Both the position numbers and the translations under genes were made by a program. From Tubiluchus corallicola (lineage: Eukaryota; Animalia; Priapulida): 64,000 nucleotides of DNA. This document shows positions 57,598 to 64,000 of this stretch, piece by piece. The notes beneath the pieces were generated by a model. It made no database searches, was not told the DNA's origin, and saw only the letters and a program-made list of their open reading frames with translations. How positions within the stretch are numbered: position 1 is the first letter of the stretch; each line of letters opens with the position of its first letter. The DNA lies in contig JAQGDQ010000336.1 in NCBI GenBank assembly GCA_030141605.1, forward strand, positions 186,001 through 250,000. Reading direction: 5' to 3'.

Positions 57598-57645
57598 GAT
57601 ATATACCGAGACTTATAAGTCATCAGCAACAACTTAGTCTTAGTA
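57598..57645 (+). promoter_or_regulatory. Candidate TATA box and initiator of the apolipophorin-like gene
   Basis: TATATA at 57600-57605, with a TTAGTC initiator-like motif about 30 bp downstream. Confidence 0.45.
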
Positions 57646-57670
57646 GGAATAACTGGCTTATCAAAACAAG

Positions 57671-57740
57671 ATGGAGGGAGCCAGAACAAGAACGTTAATT
57701 CTGTTGGCTTTGGCGCTCTTGGCTGCAAAAGCTTTTGCAG
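57671..57740 (+). CDS. Large lipid transfer protein (apolipophorin/apoB-like), exon 1, signal peptide
   Basis: MEGARTRTLILLALALLAAKAFA is a hydrophobic signal peptide. Donor CAG|GTATGC (phase 1). TATATA lies about 70 bp upstream. Confidence 0.85.
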
Positions 57741-57758
57741 GTATGCTAGATTTCTTTC

Positions 57759-58070
57759 TAAATTTTCACAAAGTTGTTATAGTGGTTACTTTATTTATCT
57801 GAATTTTTGCATTGTTTTATTATACTAGTTTTTTAAAATATTTCTTCAGTATTAATATTTTGCATTTTTTTCTAAACTGTGTTAAAGTTTTCCAGCTATA
57901 TCATGACTTCAAAATTTTTCACAAAGTTGTTATAGTGGTTACTTTATTTATCTGAATTTTTGCATTGTTTTATTATACTAGCTTTTTTTAAATATTTCTT
58001 CAGTATTAATATTTTGCATTTTTTTTCTAAACTGTGTTAAAGTTTTTCAGCTACATGATGGCTTCAAAAA
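57759..58070. repeat. ~152-bp tandem duplication in apolipophorin-like intron 1
   Basis: TTTTCACAAAGTTGTTATAGTGG...GGCTTCAAAA occurs twice, nearly identical. Confidence 0.95.
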
Positions 58071-58376
58071 TTTAATCATTGTTATAAAATGGCCAAATGT
58101 CGACCAATCAAGCTCATATTAGTCTAAACAACTTTGGCCTAAATTACTGAATAATTTTTTTGAGAATTCAGCCTGCTAAATTAAGATTTTGTTGTCTCAA
58201 ACTCTTAGATCTTTTGTTTATTTTTCTTATTGGTGTTACGCAAAATCCTACTAATAACTATCATTCCATTATTATTCTCGTTACGCCGATTATTGATTTT
58301 AATAAGCAGATTATAAAATTGATTTATAGATTCTAGATTCTAGATTATAATTTAAATTTATTTAATTTTTTTGCAG

Positions 58377-58430
58377 TACCATTAGATGTTAGTTATGACA
58401 ATCAATGCTCACATACATGCGTTGTACCAG
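58377..58430 (+). CDS. Apolipophorin-like gene, exon 2 (54 nt)
   Basis: tttttttgcag|TA...CCAG|GTAAGT, phase 1 to 1. Reads VPLDVSYDNQCSHTCVVP, with a CxxxC pair like the N-termini of apolipophorin-type proteins. Confidence 0.8.
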
Positions 58431-59733
58431 GTAAGTTATTTTTCATGTAATCATTATCATAATTTTCACACTGATTCTTACACGCTAACTGCTGCTGTCA
58501 AACTTCAAAGGAGTTCGATGAATATGCGCATAGATATCTAAAAAATGTTTAGGCTAATACAAGGCGCTAGATTAAAAAATTGACGAATTGCGGCTATCAA
58601 ACTTCAGAGGACTTCGGGAAAAAATTATATGGTTAATAACAGTTTCACCACGCAGGAAGACCCAAAACTGATTTTGACCCTTTAAAACTGTGACGAAAAC
58701 TGAAATTGCTGCTGCAAGGAATTCAATAGTTTTAGCAGGCAATTGCTTATGCCAAACTGATTAGAATAATTACATGATAAACGTTCTTCAATGTCCTTTA
58801 ACTCATTATTTAACAAACAGCTCTTTAAACACGGTCTGTTTGATAAAAATTTAGGCCTATTCTGCATAATTTCAAGCCAAAGTTATTGCGTCTAATCACA
58901 GAGGTAGGTCAAGGATCAATAAGTCAACAAATCAGGGTTAGCGAGAGAGCAAAGACTGTCTCCACGTGTGATAAGTGACGTTAACAAGAGTCAAAAGATC
59001 GATAATTTGCTTGCACTGCTCAATCACTTGTCAATCATTATTGTTTGTTTAAATGGCATAGATTGTCATTATCACTAATTTGCTTTACATACCTAAGGTC
59101 GTTGCCAGTATCAGTTTTTCAATGCTATATTTTGCAGATTGGAGTGCAAAAAACTTTCAATAATAGCAATCAATTTTATTTTTCGGGTTAATTATACTAG
59201 TCTTGGCAAGAAAACATTGAATTTTCTTGTAGAAGATCAAACAATCGTATAGCGGGTTGCGTGAAGTTCTTGGTCTGACAATAAAGTTTACATCCGGTTT
59301 TCCTGTTTTCTTGCAACGCAGTTAACTGGTTAGGCGCGCTATGATAGCACAAACAAAAAATTTACCAGCGGTGCGTTGCAGTCACTAAATCTCATTCAAG
59401 TAGAAAATTGCACAAGCTGTGAAAGCATAAAATACAAATATGTATTATTGGCGTGGTTTACTTTTTACAAAACGAAACTTTTATTGCATTATTTTGTATT
59501 TATTTTTAAGAAATTAATGTATTTTTACGACAGTTTTTGTGGACATAGCAGCATTTGGAGCGAATACTTTGCTTTCAGGTTCCAAATTATTTTGACGTTA
59601 TGTCAACACAATGAGTTAACCTTCAATAAATTTTAGTGATGGCTTCAAATTGGATACAACAGCTACCGAACTATCCACAAAAATGAATAAACGAGTAAAA
59701 TTTAATCGGCTAACTTGTTTATTTTTGTTTTAG

Positions 59734-59894
59734 ATGAGCCAAAGTTTAGGTATGAGCCAGGCGCGACATACATTTACAAATATGAAGCTAGCACTTTAAC
59801 TGTCCTGCAGGGTTCTAGAACCGAGGGCAGTGGACTTCATATAGAATCCACTGTCCAGATACAGGTGCTGACACCATGTGACATGGTCCTGCGG
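59734..59894 (+). CDS. Apolipophorin-like gene, exon 3 (start of Vitellogenin_N/LLT domain)
   Basis: tttgttttag|AT...CGG|GTAAGC. Reads DEPKFRYEPGATYIYKYEA...LHIESTVQIQVLTPCDMVLR. Confidence 0.92.
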
Positions 59895-60153
59895 GTAAGC
59901 AGTCGTGGTTTTTGTACCGTTATTTTACCCCACTTTACAGTTTATTTCCTTTTTTGTGTTATAAGTTCTGTACATTAATAACGAAACTTTCAGTTTTTGT
60001 GATTTTCCCAGTAAGTCTTAAATTAATTTTATTTATTTTTTGATTGGCTTTTGTTTGGTTACGTTTTTTTACCTAATAGATTGTACAATAACAAGACTTG
60101 CAGAATGCATAACTGCGTAAGCGGGTGGTGATTATAAACCAATATATTTACAG

Positions 60154-60402
60154 TTACGGGATGTGTCACTGTACGAAAGCGACCCGGACAACATAAACCG
60201 GAAAACGCCGTCTAGTGGCACCCGAGAATTCCAGCAGGCTCTTGAAGCAAACGACTTACGTTTTGCTTTCCAAGATGGCCGCATCGGTGACATTTGCCCG
60301 GACAGCGACGAATCCACATGGACTCTGAATATGAAACGCGGTATTTTGTCGGCTTTCCAGAATTCGATGAGTAATCTCAACCAAAATGATCATGTGCATG
60401 AG
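60154..60402 (+). CDS. Apolipophorin-like gene, exon 4
   Basis: tttacag|TTA...GAG|GTGAGT. Reads FQQALEANDLRFAFQDGRIGDICP...WTLNMKRGILSAFQ, the LLTP signature LNxKRGILS. Confidence 0.95.
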
Positions 60403-60652
60403 GTGAGTTACCGGAAAATCTCTTGTTTTACTTTCTCTCAATAGATGGTGCTGATTTCGCTTGGCTGTCTACTATACAAGCAGCTCATAGTAGTCTAAAC
60501 TTGTAACCTACGTCACTCTAACACCATTTATACACTTCAGGGACAATTTTGTTGTAAAAACGTTTGTTATTTAATGCTTTGTAACGATTTAAAGCACAAG
60601 AAAACACTCACTCATCTTAAACAAGGCTTAAAAAATTTGTGTTGACAAAACT

Positions 60653-60737
60653 AAACAAGAAACTAGCACCATCTGTTGAGCAGAATGGAATATACCAAAC
60701 AAGAAACTAGCACCATCTGTTGAGCAGAATGGAATAT
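60653..60737. repeat. 44-bp tandem duplication
   Basis: AAACAAGAAACTAGCACCATCTGTTGAGCAGAATGGAATAT twice. Confidence 0.95.
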
Positions 60738-61319
60738 CGACAATACATCTATCGGGCAGATACACTCAATCAACAAACTTGAGCAACATGTTGTAAGTTG
60801 ATCTGATATTAAGTAACAAGAAAACACACTTCATTTAAAGCTTAAAAAATCTGTCTTTGAAATTCTGTATCACTTACGCATGCTGTCTTATTGCATACGG
60901 AGCTTGTAACAGCAGTATCCCTGTATAAAACTTGTAAATTTAAACTCTTACGATGACCGTTAGGAGCAGCCATTTTAACGGGAAGTTGTTTGAAACAAGT
61001 TTAGACAACATTGTGTAAAGTTTGAAGAAATTATCAGAGCATTCGTAGCGCACAATTTCACAAACTCAGCAAAAGTATATATGGCTTCATATTGTCAGTA
61101 ATATTATCAATCACGTGTCTTCTGGTGAACCAGTGGTGCACACTGGGATTTTAAATTTTAATTTTTCTTATTGCTAAATAATATAAGTCTGTATGGAAAT
61201 TTTTTTTTGAAATTTACCTGAATTTTTCTTTCTTCTCCTTTAAGGATGTCTATTCTATTCAGCTTGTTTTTCTTTTGCATATCATGACTAAAGGTTCGCT
61301 TACACTGTCGCTTTTTCAG

Positions 61320-61472
61320 ACCGACATTGCTGGCAACTGCAAAGCGCAATACAACGTGCAGGAAACGTACTGGGGACGCGTCACCGTCAACAAAACTAAA
61401 GATCTGATTGGCTGTACCGATCGTCATGGCGACAGCAGCGCACTACAGTCCAACCAGTACCACGTCAATTCA
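61320..61472 (+). CDS. Apolipophorin-like gene, exon 5
   Basis: ctttttcag|ACC...TCA|GTAAGC. Reads TDIAGNCKAQY...KTKDLIGCTDR, the LLTP motifs TDxxGxC and KxKDLxxC. Confidence 0.93.
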
Positions 61473-61679
61473 GTAAGCGTTTCCCTTTAATTTTCCGACA
61501 GTTAAGTCTAGTTCTGTAAATGGAATTTGTTGTAGTATTTGTCATCATCATCATCTTCACCATCGTCATCATCTATTATGCATCCGAGGGCATGATTCTG
61601 TTCACCTCCCTATGCCAGGACTCCCTACTCGCTGTAATGTCCTAAGTGTTAGATATTAAACGTCATTGCAGTTCGTTAT

Positions 61680-61871
61680 CCATTGAATCATACGTCCAAG
61701 GACATGTTGCTATTACCTCTTATCATCGTCACCATCGTCATCATCATCATCATCATCCAATGAATCATACGTCCAAGAACATGTTGCTATTACCTCTTAC
61801 CATCATCACCATCGTCATCATCATCATCATCCAATGAATCATACGTCCAAGAACATGTTGCTATTAGCTCT

Positions 61872-61903
<32 letters not shown>

Positions 61904-62050
61904 TCCAATGAATCATACGTCCAAGAACATGTTACGATTACCTCTTATCATCATCATCATCACCATCATCATCATCATTACCATCATCATCACCATCATC
62001 TTCATTATCTTCTTCTTCTTCCTCATCATCATTGTCATCATCATACAACG
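61680..62050. repeat. ~74-77-bp minisatellite built from a LINE 3' end plus (ATC)n
   Basis: GAATCATACGT recurs at 61685, 61762, 61836, 61910 and 62050. Confidence 0.9.
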
Positions 62051-62463
62051 AATCATACGTGCAGTGACATGATTCTGCTCACCTCTCTATGCCAGGACTC
62101 CCTACTCGCCGCAATGCCCCAAGTACATTTATTTCTAAGGATCAATGCTGAAGTGTTTAAATCTTTCTGTGCAAAATCTAAATATGTTAACATTTGTCCT
62201 CCTGCAGGTTTTTTAGCTGGTTCTATGGTTTGTTGAAGAGCTATCTTCACTGGACTATCATTAGTCTAAGCATGTGTCTAATCCATCTTAAGCGACGCCA
62301 TTTTATTTTTTGACCAAATTTTTTTCACACGTGTTTTCTTGAGATTTTTTTGGCAATCTAATGTATACCCAAAATGTTTCTGTAATCTTAATTTAATGTA
62401 ATTTAATTTTAATTTAATTTTGCCTTTGAAACATGACAATTTCAGCTTTATAGTTTCCTTTTA
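62040..62463 (-). mobile_element. Second copy of the RTE-like LINE fragment (antisense, intronic)
   Basis: Its reverse complement aligns along its length with 50632-51030, e.g. CCTGCAGGAGxACAAATGTTAACATATTTAGATTTTGCAC. A smaller third piece lies at ~61590-61640. Confidence 0.85.
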
Positions 62464-62548
62464 ACATCTTGAGTTCAGAGTTGTAGAGAAATACAGTTTC
62501 AACTAAGAATACATTGCCTGGTTAATATGGGAAATCTTTTACTTGTAG

Positions 62549-62744
62549 GACATACAGTCTTTGCCATTAATGGATAGTTCCCACCACTGTCAGCAGATCA
62601 TTGCCAGACAAATTCTGGAGAAATCTTACTGCAAAGAGACGCATCTGTTCCGACCGTTTAGCAAAGACAACAGCGGTGCACTCACTACGACCAGACAGAC
62701 CCTCACGTTCAACAACAAATACAGGGGAACTCAAAGTCGCATGA
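62549..62744 (+). CDS. Apolipophorin-like gene, exon 6
   Basis: ttttacttgtag|GAC...ATG A|GTATGT. Reads DIQSLPLMDSSHHCQQ...CKETHLFRPFSKDNSGALTTTRQTLTF, matching the apoB/apoLp-type CxExHLFxPFS motif. Confidence 0.93.
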
Positions 62745-63096
62745 GTATGTAATACTGATATTAATATGATGTGGGTTTTTAATTGTTTGTGGTGTGCTAA
62801 GTGAATTTGATTTTAATGTTTGTCAGATTTGTTTTAGCTTGTGAATGTGTTGCATTATTTTTGTTTTGTATCACCCAAGTAAAATGCATTTGTAAAATGT
62901 AAGAAACATTCAGCAATCAGGCAAATCTTTGCCAGTAATTATGTCAATTCATGCTGCTAAGATTTCCAACTTTCTATTATAAGTTATGCTGCAAATATGA
63001 TCTGCTTAGTAATATCTATTATGTTAAGTTTAAAATAAAGGTTTTTGGAAAAGAGAGTCTTATATCAGTTCGGTTTAAAACGGTTTTATTTCTTAG

Positions 63097-63194
63097 ACTA
63101 CATATCGTACCGGACGTCCATGCTCTTTGACCACGAATACAACGGTGAACAGAACAAGAATTACGAGAATGAAGTTGAGGTTATTTTGCGCCAG
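63097..63194 (+). CDS. Apolipophorin-like gene, exon 7 (gene continues beyond the window)
   Basis: ttttatttcttag|AC...CAG|GTACGT, in phase. Reads NYISYRTSMLFDHEYNGEQNKNYENEVEVILRQ. Confidence 0.85.
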
Positions 63195-63237
63195 GTACGT
63201 TTCACATTTTACATTATTTGCTTGCTTTAATTCATTG

Positions 63238-63439
<202 letters not shown>

Positions 63440-64000
63440 GAGTTTATTTCGTATAAAAATATACAGTTTACAAAGATAAAGATGTTAGTAAAACAGGTAA
63501 TGCGATGTTAGTAAAGTAACATATCTACAGACATTCAACTTTATAATAACCACACATTGTAGTTCCCTTGTAATATTACAGTATACAGTGTTGTAAGGAG
63601 CTATAATAGATATCTTAAAACATAATCTTTAAATGAGTTCTTAACCTTTAATTTTACATTTTCGTTTAGATCTACAGTACAACCATATTTAAATCTTAAA
63701 TTTACTCGACTGTTATTTACATAGTAGCATAGCTTTGGAATTCTCAATGTGCAAGAGTTTGCAATTTTTCTAAAGTTTAATTTTCGACTATCTATTAAAT
63801 AATTCGCAGGCATTGTGCCACAAAAATACATTAACAATTTGACACTTTCATTTTGTCTAAAACCGAATATTTTTCTATAAGCAGTTATATAACAAGCGGA
63901 TTATTAGCGACCCATGAAAGTGGGAACGAATTTTTTGATACGCCATCGCTACGAACTTACTTTCTTTGTCGATGGTTGCTTAACGGCGGTAATGAATTGT

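Overview
AT-rich, intron-containing DNA from an invertebrate animal, not a prokaryote. Three protein-coding genes can be built from splice-phase-consistent exons. (1) A complete 3-exon SoxE (Sox8/9/10-family) gene on +, CDS 4236..20964, 438 aa, with a 14-kb first intron. (2) The 5' part of a cytosolic-type HMG-CoA synthase on -, coding exons 49459..49906 and 48130..48255. (3) The first 7 coding exons of a large lipid transfer protein (apolipophorin/apoB-like) on +, 57671..63194, running out of the window. The most notable observation is that I could not find the remaining roughly two-thirds of HMG-CoA synthase anywhere to the left of 48130. The simplest reading is that SoxE and its ~27-kb downstream gene desert sit antisense inside a >48-kb HMGCS intron; truncation or misassembly are the alternatives. 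The rest is non-coding: compound microsatellites, minisatellites, LINE 3' fragments, MITE-like elements and candidate cis-regulatory motif clusters. Most ORFs in the supplied track are repeat or antisense artefacts. All motif and homology calls were made by eye, with no database search.
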